Shown in pieces: positions 41,796 to 56,627 of a DNA stretch of 64,000 nucleotides. The stretch comes from the human T2T-CHM13v2.0 reference genome, Homo sapiens. How positions within the stretch are numbered: position 1 is the first letter of the stretch; every line of letters begins with the position of its first letter. Location: the NCBI RefSeq assembly GCF_009914755.1, contig NC_060931.1; one strand, given 5' to 3'. The notes below the pieces were generated by a model that was given only the letters and a program-made list of their open reading frames with translations, was not told where the DNA came from and did not search any database. Both the position numbers and the translations under genes were made by a program.

Positions 41796-43156
41796 AGTAA
41801 AGCATGCTTTAATTTTATGCAATAATCATATGAAGAAAAACATTTTTTCACCTTTTTTTTCCATTTTCCTAATGTGTCCTTAATCTTCATAAAACTTCAA
41901 CTGATGATTTTAGGTAACCATATGTTCAAAATGTTTCAAGTCACATTTTATATTTAATATATTTACTCTTTTGTGTTAAGTTTACTGTTTAAGCTCATTT
42001 CAAGTACATGTCATTTTCAGTTAATTTATTTTAGCTGCGTATTTGAGATTTAGTCTAGAATTTTAAAAGTCCACTGAATCATGACTACATTACAAGTTTC
42101 CATGTGGTATCAACAGAATTTATAATTCATATATGACATTATACTCATGTTGGCATCATTTACAAAAGAAGATTTTCCCTGAACTGTAATAAATGCTAAA
42201 ACTAAAAAATTTAGAATACCGATACCCCAGAAATCTGAAAGCAATTTAGGACTTTAACTTAGTATTATAGTAATTTAAAAGGAATACTAAGTTTTAAAAT
42301 ACTGTGAATTCCATTTTTCAAGTTGAATAATCCAATAAAAAATTAAATGGTATCAAATTAAAGAAACATTTAAAGTTTTATGATTGTTAACCTTTCTTAA
42401 CCATAGATCATTTTAACAAAGTCTGTTGTGGGTATGCTCCTCAATTTGGAACTAAATTTATATCTCGGCTCTTACAAATATTCAAACTAATTATTTCAGA
42501 ATAAATGTAGAATGACACTTTAATTAGTAATGTATCTCCTGGCAATTAAAATTCTCTTGCTTCTCTCAGCAATTAAAACGGCAAGGCATATTATTAAGGT
42601 CCCACAATTCTTCATACCTCTTCCTGACAATTACCATGGGAAACATTAAAGACAAGATTGTAGTTATAATCCATTCACTGAATATTTGGTAGCAGGATAA
42701 ACACTTTCTTCTTTCTTCTCCTTGTCTAGTAATTTTTCATTTCACTCATAATACCTATCAATCATTAACGCAATTTGTGCTCTGTATCACAAAGTTCCAG
42801 TTTTCATTTTATATGACTTATAAAAACCAATTGATTTTATAGAAATGTAAGTTATAGCAATGATTTTAATTAAGAAATAATTTTTAACCCATTTATTCAT
42901 AATATGACTTTTACGGTCTGAACACTATAAATACATAGAGAGTACTTAATGCTGGCAGAAAATGTTAGTGTTGGAAATAGAAAATGTCTAAAATTACTGT
43001 AAATTGAGTATGTTAATATAACAAAGATATACACACAGAGAAACAAAAATATGTGCACCAAATAGGTGATACTGTGGTTCAGAATGAAATAGAAAAAGCA
43101 GCACTTTTAACTTTCATATACCTAAGAATATTTTTTAAACTGGTATTATGAGATGA

Positions 43157-43463
<307 letters not shown>

Positions 43464-43516
43464 AATTTTTGTTTTTTTTTTTTATGCTTCTCTTATAATT
43501 CCATTTTTCTGTAATG

Positions 43517-43863
43517 AATATACATATATTCATATATATTTATATATTCATATATATTTATATATTCACATATATCCATATATATTTTCATATATTCATA
43601 TATATTCATATCTTTATATATTCATATATGTTTATATATTTATTCATATATGTTTATATATTCATATATTTACATATATTCATATATATTTATTCATATA
43701 TTTACATATATTCATATATTTATATATTCACATATATTCATATATTTATATATTCATATATATTTATATATTCATATGTTTATATATTCATATATATTTA
43801 TATATATGCATATATATTTATATATATTCATATATATTTATATATTCATATATATTTATATAT
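43517..43863. repeat. AT-rich minisatellite of ~8-10-nt units (TATATATTCA/TATATATTTA)
   Basis: Read directly; it generates the three low-complexity I/Y/F/H ORFs. Confidence 0.95.
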
Positions 43864-43974
43864 AACTATTGCAACAGAAGAATATCTAAAAGTTACATGG
43901 AATATATCATATGTGTAATAGTAGCATAAAATCAAATCATCATTTATTTGTAAATCATAAATTATCTATTGTGT

Positions 43975-44215
43975 AATGATAACAGCTAAAATGGACAGCT
44001 AACAACGTGCCAGGCAACGTTTTAGTCACTTTAGTGATACTAGTTCATTTAATCCTTACAGCATCATTTTGAAATTGGTGATTGTCATATTCAATTTTAC
44101 AGGGGAAGAAGGGAGGCACAGGGAGGTTAAGTAACTTGCCTTAAGATCACACAGTGATGAGGCTATAATTGGCATGCTGGCTGCAGACTCTAGGAACTAC
44201 AATTAAGCTGTCCTA
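43975..44215 (-). mobile_element. MIR
   Basis: tcatttaatccttacagc...ttttacagggg...gaggcacagggaggttaagtaacttgcc. Confidence 0.82.
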
Positions 44216-45879
44216 CTATGATATTACACTATCCTTTAGTAAATTTTAATTATGTATTAACATTTCATTATTCATATATATTACTACAAACACACCTAAC
44301 ACTCTCGTTCTCTCAGATATGATAGTAAGTCAAATGGCTAAATCTTTGGGTAAACAACACATGGTTTTCTATAACTAAGTGCAAGTTTGGGAAGGTATTA
44401 TTAGCAGATTCTATTAAATGTTCATAACTTTCATTTTAAGATCAAGGGAAAGGCTAAACAAATGGGAACTTGTCTTTCTATAAATAAAACATGCATATTT
44501 GTGTCCAATGGACAAATAGATATTGTGGAGGATAACTTTATCTATATTCTTTGCAGTATTTTCAACTGTAACATTACTTTCCTGTTTTATTGTAGCTCTC
44601 TGATTCATTTTAATGTTTTACACATTTCAGGTTCAATCCTCATTCACTTTATTCATTATTTTTTTTTCTGCCCTGTTCATCATAGTCTACATCAGTCTAG
44701 AATCTCTCTGATCACTCCGGTTTTATCATCTTCCCTTTTACAGTTTTTCACATTTCATAAGAGGAGTTAAGCCCTTTCTATTCTTAAATGCATTCCATAT
44801 TTAATAAACATCCATAAACACATACAGTTCTCACAACCACTACCAACAAAGACAGTATTTTTCAGTTACTGTTCTCAAATAATCATTTTATATTTGTTCT
44901 TTCCCTGACTAGGGTGACCAATGAAAATTCCATCTAAGTGACTTGGGGCAACACTATCATGTATAGTGTTAATATACATTAACACTCAAGGAAGAATAAA
45001 GTAAGTTATTTTTTTTTAATAATCTGTGAATTCTGGTATAAGGATATTTTGGAAACAGCTTCAAGCTACCAGTTAAAATAGATTCTGTGAACCCCTTATT
45101 TATGGTATCTTTCCAAATGGATGCCAAAGTCATGGAAGAAGCAATTAATATCTAACAGTACACTACACTTTTTACATATGATTATGCTGTGTTTTGCCAG
45201 CTTAAACTGTTTTCAATTTTACAGTTTTAAAAATTTTCTAGTCTATGCTATTTGGTTAACAGCTGTTCCATTTCAGTGGGGCAAGTAATTAGCTCTACTG
45301 TATCTAATGCATTACTCTTGATGGTTTTTTAAGTATCACTATTATTACAGCAAATTTCACTCATTCACTCATTTGAGTCTGACACATAGTCTCAATAAAT
45401 TTACTCATTTATTGAGTCTGACACATCAATAAACATGTGTTGAATAACTGATTTGATGAAATCAAGCATGCATTCAGTGCTTGGTCAAATAATGGTGAAC
45501 AATAAGGTCCAGCCCACAAGAAGTTGATCTGAGCTGGTGAGACAAATAGGAGGGTGGATGTTATAATTTTATAGTAGGGAGTATTCAAGGTTATCTGGGA
45601 ACACAATTTGGGATTCCCAAGTCAGTCTGTGATGGAAAAATGAAAAATATCAAGGGAATTTTCATATTGTCTCTTAATCTGAAATTCTGAACAATCAAAA
45701 GTATATAAAAATCAACCAATTATCAGACGATAATGTGTATCCACTATGTTCTGAAGCATTTGGACTAAGTAATGAAATAAGAGTCAGGATCTCTGCCTTC
45801 AAGAGACAATAATATAACTATAAACAAAAACATGTGAAAAGTATCAAAAGAAGGCAGTGGATGGTAAAAGCCAAAAAAA

Positions 45880-46220
45880 GAGAAGAACTGAAAGATCTTA
45901 TATATTGCTGGAAGAAATGTATACTGGTAGAACTATCTAGTAAAACTTGAAAAAGTTTTGTATTATCTTGTAAAGATAAACATTCACATTCTTACGAGCT
46001 CAGCAGTTCCACTCCTACGTGTCCACTCAAGAGAAACTATGCATATATATACCAGGAGACATGTACAAGAATGTTCACAGTAGCAATACATGAAATAGCA
46101 AGAATCTTGAATGATTCAAATGTCCATTTTGATGAAATGGATAAAGTACAGTATGTTTGTAGCAAGCCATATTGTGCAGGAAAGATTACATATATGCACA
46201 AATAAATGTATAGATCAATG
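45880..46220 (+). mobile_element. Old L1 (L1ME-like) 3' fragment
   Basis: cagcagttccactcctac, acatgtacaagaatgttcacagtagca, caaatgtccat...aatggataaa. Confidence 0.7.
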
Positions 46221-46324
46221 TGACATACATCATGGGCTAAGGATTATGATTAATCCAGCTCCATGCATTTGATGTATAATAGAAAAAATAAATTGAATAG
46301 GATTTTGTAAGACAAGAGTGCACA

Positions 46325-46806
46325 GTATCTAACCTTTGCTGTATAGCATACTGCCCTAAAACCTCGTGACTTAAAACGACAACGATTTATTATTTCTTAT
46401 GAGCCTATAGTTTATTAAGCAGTTCTATTGACCTGAGCTGGGCAGGCCATGACCAACTCGTGGGTCTGTGGTCAGTTTCACGCTGGCTAGCTGGCTTTGT
46501 TCATTTCATCTGGACTCATTCATATGCCTGAAACCCAGGTCAGCACAACTAGGCTGATTTAGTTCTGCTTTACCAGTGGGCTAGCCCATGTGTGTCCTCA
46601 TGGTGAAGGAAGTGAGCAAGAGAGGAAGTGAAAATGCACATGTGCTTTTTGAAGTATATGCTTATGTCAAATCTGCTTCTGTCTCAGGGACCAAAGCAAG
46701 CCACATAGCCAAACCCAAAGTTGGAGGGGACAAGAAAGATTTAGGGCACAAGGTATGAATTTAGGAAGCCTGTTTATTGGTTCTATTTATGTGATCAACC
46801 TACCAT
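46325..46806 (-). mobile_element. MLT1-family MaLR LTR
   Basis: ccctaaaacctcgtgacttaaaacgacaacgatttattatttc ... gaccaaagcaagccacatagccaaacccaaagt ... caacctaccata. Confidence 0.75.
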
Positions 46807-49454
46807 ATGTACAAATAACTTTGTAATTCACTTATCTCCCCCTTTAATATAGCAAAGGGCAAGTCTGGCTGACTTAATCAAAAATTTTACTAAGTAAGGT
46901 CCTAGACAGCCAGAAAAAAGGAAGAAAGTCCATTCTTCTGGTGTCTGTAGGCTGTGGTAAAAAGTAAAGAGACGGAATAGGGAACACAGGTGGTTGAGAA
47001 TGCCTTGGGTAGAAGGGCTTCTGCCCCACCTCCCAGTCCAGATTCTCTTGTGCAGCTTGTAAGGTAACAAATGTGGAGTAATCTTCATGAGGCAGAGGGA
47101 GGGCCAGCATCTCTTTCGATTATCTTGGTATAAAAAAGACTCAATAGTTCTCTCAAAAATCAAGGGAGTGGGGACAAGATGGCTTGCAGTTAGCGGAGAG
47201 TCTGCTTCTGAGGAAACATTAGTTACACAGAAAATAAACTGCCTCTCTTGGCACATATGTATGAGAAAATGTGTAACCTGGTACTAGAGTGGCAGGATTT
47301 GGTAAAAGAGTGAAAGAAATAGATTTGAGCAAATAAAAGCATGCTCAGGGTACATGAACTGATCCACTTGGCAAAGTTAGGAGTTCGTGTTGGGTATAAA
47401 ATCTAGACGAACCAGATTTTTGAAGAATCTGAATGCTAGCTTAAAGGATTTGCATCTAATCCCACAGGCACTTGGGAAGCAACTGAATTTTTTTTTTAGT
47501 AGAGATATAATTGTATTCCTAAATTCCTAAATGGTGTGGAAAATGGGAACATCGTAGAAAAGTCCTTGAACAAGTTTTGTTTGTTAGGATGGAGACTGAA
47601 TTAGGGTTGGCAGAAGGAATAAAAAGGGATTTAGTTGTGGGAAGTACTACAGAGAGATAGAGATTAACTAATGTCAGTGAAGAGGAAGTTGTAAATTGAA
47701 GATAAACCTAAAGATCAATCGAACTGACAGAAAAGATGAGGCTGCCAGTTTCACAAAGGTGGAAATAGGTGGTATTCAACTTTTCTTTGATTGACCTGTG
47801 GACTACTGTTATATCCTTCTAATCCACTGTCAAAACCATGTTTTGAAATGTGTTTTAGAAGTATTAATATTGATATGTAAAATAACCAGAGGCATTAAAA
47901 ATACATTTGTATTTTTTTAAGTAACAAGCCGATCTTTTTTTAAATCATGAGAATAAGATGTGCTTTTCTCTTCTGAATTACTAATGTACTAACCTTAAGG
48001 ATATAAATGAATGCAGGATGAATACTTAGAAATATAATGTTTGTAAACCCTTTCCTCTGTTCATGTCATCGACACTGGTATTAATGTTAAAATTGTGGTG
48101 ATGTTTCTTTTTATAATCTGAACACACATCTATCACGCTAAAGCAAGTTCATTGTATAATCTTCCCCAGTATTGTTTACTTATGATTTTCAAGTGCTTCA
48201 GATACAGTCTACATAGGGGGCTGTGGCCGTGATATTATACCCTATTAACAACGCCCCATTCAAGTAAGTTCTAGTTATGATTATATAGAGAGGAGTAGGA
48301 ATACTCTTTAGGACCCTTATACCCGTATGTTAACATCTATGGAAAGAATGCCAAAATTAAATACACTAATAGACAAGCTTGGACTACTTTTGAAGAGATT
48401 CCTTTTCATCATTCCTGTATTTTTAGGCCATGTCCTATCCTTTGCTATGTTCCATAAACACTCATTTTCTCCTCTTTAGACCTCTGCTGATCTTAAGCTT
48501 TTTCCTTCCTTTTTTCAGGGACTTTCAAGTAAGGCCAGCTTTGCTGCCATATGCTGTACTTTTGCTGCTATTGCCCTTCACTACTGCCATGTATGATGCT
48601 TTCTAGTTTATGTAACCTTCTGCTCCTAAGTTTCATCCCGACTTTGGCCCACTGCCATGCTCTGACTCTGAAATCTTTGCAAGTCTTGGTACTGTCAGCC
48701 CATGCTTTTGCTTGCTTAGTCCATTCCTCTCCGTATACAGTCTAGGACTCTTCCTGCCTGTCTCATCATTAAAACACTGGTTCCTTGTATATTTCTCCTC
48801 ATTCTTGTCAGCTGTTGGGGAAAATATTTTCATGAATTATTTTTGAGCCTATCTAAATGTAAAAAAAAAGTGTACACCAAATAGAATTGACAGAATAAAT
48901 ACTGAAATAAATATAGCATGACTATTCAAATTCAGGGGTCACTGTAGCAGAAAGAAAGCAAATTACTTTTATTTAGTCCATAAAGATAATATGAACGAAG
49001 CTCAAATCTAGGGTGTTTTTTTTTTGCCTTTAATTTTTATAAGTATTGGTTACATAATACATCATTCTTACAAATTAAAACGTATTAACCCTGGGGTATA
49101 CTCTACCCACAAGAAATGTTGCTAAAACTTCTTCCTACAGTTCAACCACAGGGATGGTCTAAGAATAAATGTTGACAGGCAACAAGCCTCCCTGCAGACA
49201 GTAATTAATTTCAATTTAAAGTTTTGGGGAAATAATATATTTCTTTTTAATACAGTCTTTAGATTTATAGTCAAATTTAAATTTGTGAAAAAAGGAGACT
49301 TCCTGTAATTCTTCTGGGGCAATAATGTTTTGAAACACACTCCAACAAATCCACCTTACAGTGGTACCAATTAGATAATTTGAAGTTAATATCCAAACAA
49401 TCAGTCCACTTACAACTGTGAGCATAATTTCTGCATTCTATTCTTTTCTAAAAA

Positions 49455-49830
49455 AAATTCATCAATTCAACAAATATTTGTTTAGCTTCTACTAAATACT
49501 AGGCAATGTTCTAAAAATTGGGTTTAAAAATAGCAAGTGAGACAAGGTTCCTATTCTATGGCAATCAAATTTAGTTGGGAAGCTAATCAATAGCAAATTA
49601 CACCATGGCAATAGCATTCTAGTTGAGGATACAGTTAATAAACAATAAATATCACACAGATAATAAGAGCTTAAAAAAAAGAATGAAGCCAGTTAAAAGT
49701 AGAATTGGAAGCAGAGAGAGAAGGGTTCTTTGTAGGGTGAACAGGATGGGCTGCTGTAGAGACAGCACCTGATAAGAGACAGAAGAAACAGAGGAAGTGA
49801 GTACTATGAGCATTCTAGAGTAGAGCTGGC
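49455..49830 (-). mobile_element. L2 3' fragment
   Basis: attcatcaattcaacaaatatttg...ctactaaatactaggcaatgttcta. Confidence 0.7.
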
Positions 49831-50026
49831 AAAGGTCTTTAGAATGCTAATTTCAATGACACTAGTCTCTCTCACTGATTCTTTCCACAAAACATTTAAT
49901 TAGGCTAATTATACAATCACATGAATGTCTTGAGTGTGATGGTAACTACAAAATAAAAGTCATGTAGACAGTAAGTATTGAGTCAGCTGTTTAGGTTTAT
50001 CAATCCCTCTTCAAATAAAGCAATTT

Positions 50027-50340
50027 AGCTGGGTGTGGTGGCTCACACTTGTAATCTCAGCACTTTGGGAGGCTGAGGAAGGAGGATCACCTGAGTCCAG
50101 GAGTTCAAGAACAGCCTGGGCAATATAGGGAGACCCCATCTCTATAAAAATTTTTTTAAAAAAACTAGTCAGGTATGGTGGCACACACCTGTGGTCCCAG
50201 CTACTCACGAGGCTGAGATGGGAGGGTCACTTGAGCCCAGGAGGTGGAGGCTGCAGTGAGCTCTGTTCACACCACTGCACTACAGCCTGGGAGACAGGAT
50301 AAGACCCTGTCTAAAAAATTTTTTTAAATTAAAATAAAAA
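50027..50340 (+). mobile_element. AluJ-like
   Basis: Full dimer with ggaggatcacctgag, cacttgagcccaggaggtggaggctgcag. Confidence 0.93.
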
Positions 50341-51055
50341 TGAATCACACATAAAACTATAACTAAAAATAAACAAAAACAACCTGAGATGAAATTAAAA
50401 CTAACTCACCTGGTATGTAAATCTAATGAGATCAACAATGTATCATAAAACTTGACAAATTTTAATATCACAACTAGCAAGATTTGATAGACTGGTAGAG
50501 CTATATGGATCAAATCATACTTATTTAATGATTTAAGCAAGAAAATTACAAGTTAAACTAGCAAATTGTAGTAAAACATACAATGAGCACCACCAGTTAT
50601 TTAAAAAGTGTTAGACAGCATTAGACTGAAATAAAGTGAAAGTGCTTTCTTATTCCTCTCACTTGCCATGAAATAATCTCCAGATGCTCTTTATTTTTAG
50701 AACCTGAGCTTATTTCTTAGATAAATCACTCAAGTCAGTTGCTCAGACATGGTTCAAAGCCCTTATGTAATATTTTCATTTTTCTCCCTTGGACATAGAG
50801 AGAAGACAAAATAAAGTTAGCAGAAAAATAAACACACAAAGAGCAACGAACTACCATATCTACATCCATAATAGCTGTCAAATAAAAATGTAAATTAAAG
50901 TCTAACAATTAAGCAAAGGACCTAATAGGGATATAACTGTTATACTCTCAATGAATTAATGATGATTTGTACATTTCTATTTTTCTCATTTGTCTTCAAG
51001 CATTTTCTTTTGAATAAAGTCAAATGATGTGGTTAAAACTTGAAGAATATCATAA

Positions 51056-51608
<553 letters not shown>

Positions 51609-54600
51609 TCAAGGGACTCAAGTAGGATTTCGGTGAAATCAGGATAAGCCAGGCTGGGCCAAGTTCAACCTGGGAATGCAAGTAGACCTACACATACATA
51701 CATACATAGGTTCAAGTCAAGGTCAGATGTCGAAACATAGTTATTTTAGACAAGGACACAGGGGAAAGTCATTCTAAAAGGTACATTTAAAAATGAAATA
51801 TCAATTTGCTTTGTGAAAGAACAGACTTGGCTTTGTTTAAAGCCTGGACTCTTTGAGCAAATACTACCTCGACGCAGCTAAGATTTTCCTCCCCTAAATT
51901 AGTTGGAGATCATAAACCCTGAATAATAATCTAAACAATGAAACTTTACTAGAGTGCAGTCATTTCACTTTATGAGGAAATACAATGTCTGAATATTTAG
52001 TGTGTGAATGCAGTTTATGTAGGCATGCTGTCCCAACCTCTGGATGCCCAGCTGGCCCTCTCTCTGGGAAATGGTGGGGCCACAAAGCAGCCGGTGTGGG
52101 GCTTGTCTCGTTTTTCTGCTGGAAGTTTAACTATTGTCTCTCCTTGCAACAAGAGATGAGCCCAATGCCTTTTCTATCTTTATGATGGAAATTAAACTAC
52201 AGAGTTTTATCTGTGACAATGTCAAAATATTTTAATCCATCCGTTCATTCAACAAAATGTGTAAATAGCCAAGCATGACTCTACACAAAGAGAAATATGA
52301 GATTCATCTCAGAGTAGTTTTGCTAAAATTTTATCTTACCAATTAGAAACTATGATAAAAGTCTTCTATTATAGTTATATAGTTATGAAACTCTATTTTT
52401 ACTATAAAAGTAATCAGTTGCATGCAGACTTCTCATAGATCATGGTCATAATGCTTCCACATATTTGTGAAAGCCAATTTTCTCTTTTTCAGTTATAGAT
52501 TTAATTGTCATAACAGTCATTTATTAGTTCCATTTTATTTTACTTTTTTTGGTTGAGAAAGTAACCTTTGAATTAGGAAAATAATTTTATTTAATAAAAA
52601 CAGGAATAGTTATTTGAGTTTTAAGTTAATACTGTTACTTAGCCACTAGGCTATGCTAAGGTATAGCCCATTTGTTCAAGAACACTTCTATCTTCATGCT
52701 ACAGACACACACACACACAAACCAGGAAAATAAATTCAAAAGCTGGATGTGAATCATTTAACCATTCAAAACATAGCTGGTAATTTGTTCAATAGATTTA
52801 TCTAAGGGTTAGTTTCTATAATTAGTTTAGATGACATATTCCAAAAGAATAAATAAACTCAAGTTTTTGCTAAATATACGTCTTGTGGTAATGCCCAGTT
52901 TGGTTTTAAAAGGATGGAATCATAGTTATGCTTATTTGATCCAAATTAAATATCTATTTTCATTTACATGTAGTTAGTCCTACTTAAATAAACTATAATA
53001 TATAGTCGTGGACTGATTAGTTATCAGAAACATGAGCTTTAGATTGGATGCATTTTACCTTCTGGTTTAAAAAAATAGTCATATTAAAATGCAACATTGA
53101 GAACTAAACACCATTTATTTCATTTATTTTAGGCATTTTTTTACATTAAAATTATGTTCTATTCTCAATAAACTGTGTTTAGAATCTTTTAAGGTTCAAT
53201 TTGTGAATAAAGCTTACTCTCATTTGTATTACTTTTCCCTTAATACTCTAGGGAGCACAATATTACATTTTCACCATCATTATTCACATTAATATCTATC
53301 TCTGATTATACACTGTGGGAGGCATTGAGAATTCAAATAGGTCTAAGAAACTTAGAGTACAGTTGAGAACACACACAAAAATATAAATAACATTGATAAA
53401 AATATTTTTTAGGGGCCATAGATAAGTGATAAATGAATAAAACAGAGAATACATGTTACAATAGTTCACGCAAGAAAGATCTATTTGACGTCCACATTAT
53501 TAAAACAGAGAATAGGTTTTTACTACTGAAGTCCTAAAGATTTCAAAGTCTAAAGTGCTCTGAAGATAAAAATCCATTATCCTCCAATTTATTTTTAATC
53601 CACCTAACAACTCTATCTGTAACAGGAGTTTGCTATATTTTAAAGATAAATTAATATTTTTAAAACTTGACTTGTCTCTCAAAATTATTATCCATCTGTT
53701 AATTATTGATTATAGGAGAAATGATTGACAAAACACGATCCAGGCCCAAAGCGAAATGCTATTAATCTACTATTCCTGTTATGTTATTGCTTTGGTGTAT
53801 GATGGAATACTTGGAAGAAAAAGATTAACTTACTTTCTCTTCTTAAATGTAATTAAGTGCAGTAAAATCCATTGATGAAGTACCTCAGAAAAAGACGAAT
53901 ATAGCTATGCTGTAGGTGAAATGTTTGCCAATACATGTTTACACATAGGTGTATTATTCAAAATGTTTAAAACTGTTACCACATGGGTACTGAGAAAACA
54001 GAATAGATGCTTAGGTTAAAGCACCTCTAACTGTCCCTGTCCATAGGGAGCAATTACTATTATAGCATTGCTGAAAATGTTTAATTCTTCTAATATTAGT
54101 ATTAAAATATTTTAATTGAACCACTATTTTGGAATATGATATTCTTAATTCTGCTACATAACACACTATCTTAGCATAACATCATCACAGATAATTTTCA
54201 GTTCTAACATTGCTTCAATGTATACATCAGAAACTGAAGAGATATTTAAATATCTGGAAATGCCTGTATCTCTTAGCAATGTTAGATAATTGGGCTATGA
54301 GGCATTTCTGGTCCATGTCCTTCAGTGAGTTCCTGAGCTTTATGGATTAAATTAAGAGACGATGATATATCCTCTTTAGTCTTTTCCTTCACCTTTAGTC
54401 TTGGGCAGAAGGCAATTGCAGGCCTTTCTAGGGGTACTGATTTAGTCAAAGAGATGTGATAAAAACATACCCTACCCCCAAATCAAGCCTTGTAAGGGGT
54501 CTGGATTGTCTCACCTATCCTGGAGTATGCTAAACCAAGGAACTGCCAGGTAAGAGCAAGGGTTTCTTCCCACTGGAGCTAAAGGTTACAGGACCTGCCC

Positions 54601-54899
54601 TATGCATGTTCAGTCTTTGTTCTTGAGACAAGCTGAAGGTCCAGGAGTATTCACCATGGCATAGTACTGGCCATGGGTAAATTAGGGTCATCTCGGCACT
54701 ATGATAGGTTCCTGTTTTTTTTTTTTTTTTTATTATTGTGCCATTCATCAAAAGAAAAAGGGACTGAGTGAAAAAGGGTAGAGAAACAACTGCAGTTCCT
54801 GGAACATACTGTGTTCTTTTATGTGTAACTCTACTAGTCTCTAAGCACTTTAGAGCACTAGCACTCTCTCTAGTCTCAAAGCACTCTATGACAGTTTCA

Positions 54900-55280
54900 C
54901 TGAACTTGTCATCATCAGCTAAAACTCCTTCCAGGACTCCCTGCCTTTGTACATGCTGTCATGTAGCTGGAAAGCCAGTTCTCCCACTGTCTACCTGATA
55001 AATTTATCCTTCAAGTTTTATCTCAAAAGTCAGGTGTCCTGTGAGACTTTCATTCACTATACCTGGCAAAAATCAGGTATTATTTCTCCCAGGTTCCCAT
55101 TTCTGTCTTACAGCACTTATCACTATCATAATTATTTGCATACAAGTCTGAATTCCTGACTAGCCAGTTCCTATAGGCCTGCAATAATATCACATTAAAG
55201 TTTGTCCTAGTTGGAAGACAGTAGTGCTCAATACATGCCTGCTGCATAAATTACTGGTGAGCAGGTAGATGGATGCATGA
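54900..55280 (+). mobile_element. L2 3' fragment
   Basis: tatccttcaagttttatctcaaaagtc, cagcacttatcac, gtagtgctcaatacatg. Confidence 0.6.
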
Positions 55281-56487
55281 ATTAAATATTAAATCCCAGA
55301 TACTCCATGTGCATTATAATCTGAGTCATAGTTAGACTTGACTTTACATTACTACATTAAAGATGCATAATGTTGTTTATCCAAATCATGGTTCCATTTC
55401 TAAGAGCCCACCCTCTCATGTACTTTTTCCCTTTGGTGAGGTCTGTTCTGACACTGCACATGCTGCCTACTAAACCAAAAAGCAATACAGTCCTTAGAAC
55501 CATCCCAACTGTAATGTATACCTTGGGTTTCCCCCTGCCCAGAGCCTAACTTTGTTTCCCCTAATGGTCATCTAAAGAATCCTCCTCATTTTTTGAATCA
55601 TCAGTTCGCTCCACCCTGATGTTAGTGATTGGGCCCTAATGCCAGCAGACTCTGCTTGTTACAAGGATGCACTTTCTTAGACCTCTATGTCTGTTGCTAC
55701 TAACTCAGGGTAAGCCACTTCAACAACTGCTTTTCTCCATAGTAAGAAAAATGGCCCCTTTTCTTTCCTAATGGCTAATACCCCTATGCTGGGATTTGGC
55801 CATAGTAAGTCCAAAGTGTTATTCTGAGGAAGTCCTGGATTTTTGGCAATTCATTTTATTCAAGAGTTCAGACCTGTTTCATCACCAGCTGCAACAGACA
55901 AAGAACCTTGGCAGAGATGAAGGCTGACTCTGACCCCTGGTGATCCCCAGGAGACAGTCCCTGCATTTCTTCCCCAGGCAACAGTAGCAGTTTTCTCCAA
56001 TATTGATTCAATTCTCACTCACATGTTTGGATCAACACTCATATCCCTCTTGTTAAAATGTATATAGCCTCGTTGGGTTACATCTACACTATGTTTTAGT
56101 TTTTATACAGTCTATGGAAGTTTAACTATTTCTAGGAACCTCAATGCTAAGCTTGTTTCAACTATTATTGTAATTTGAAGAATGTTTCTTAGAAGGTATC
56201 AGTGCCCTGGTGCCCTGTATCAATATGACTGATGAGTAATACTAACACAATCAAGTTCCAATATCGTGGTAGCTCGCATACAGTTATCTTAACTAAGGAC
56301 TCATGTATTGAGCTATAAAGCCGTCTATGGGTATAAAAACATTGAGTAAGATAACTTACGTATGTCACTTTTTGAGAAAACTCCATGTGAAAGCCTGCTA
56401 TACTGGTTCTCTCACTAAACTGACAAAAATAATACACTGAAATGAAATTCAATAATTCAGGAAAAAAATCCTCAAATTTATACTCAC

Positions 56488-56627
56488 CCACTATGCTTCA
56501 TATGTGCTGGTTTATCCATTCGCACTGCCAGTTTGATTTTTAAGTCAGAATCCTGGCTATTTTTTGGAACTACCATTCGGTGTAATTCAGCTGATTTGGA
56601 GCTATTAGAAGTTGGGTATAATATCAC
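56488..56627 (-). CDS. CADPS2: CADPS2 internal coding exon (140 nt; C2-to-PH linker region; probably exon 8)
   Basis: Minus strand reads TTTTTCCATACAG|GTGATATTATACCCA...CATAGTGG|GTGAGTA with canonical acceptor and donor. It gives 46 open codons [46 protein letters not shown] plus GG, matching recalled CAPS2 sequence. Phase 2 fits the next exon. Exon number is from memory. Confidence 0.96.

Noticed and set aside
56189-56491. 100-aa ORF beginning at the exon donor
   Set aside because: It starts at a GTG out of frame with the exon and runs into intron; no recognisable protein.
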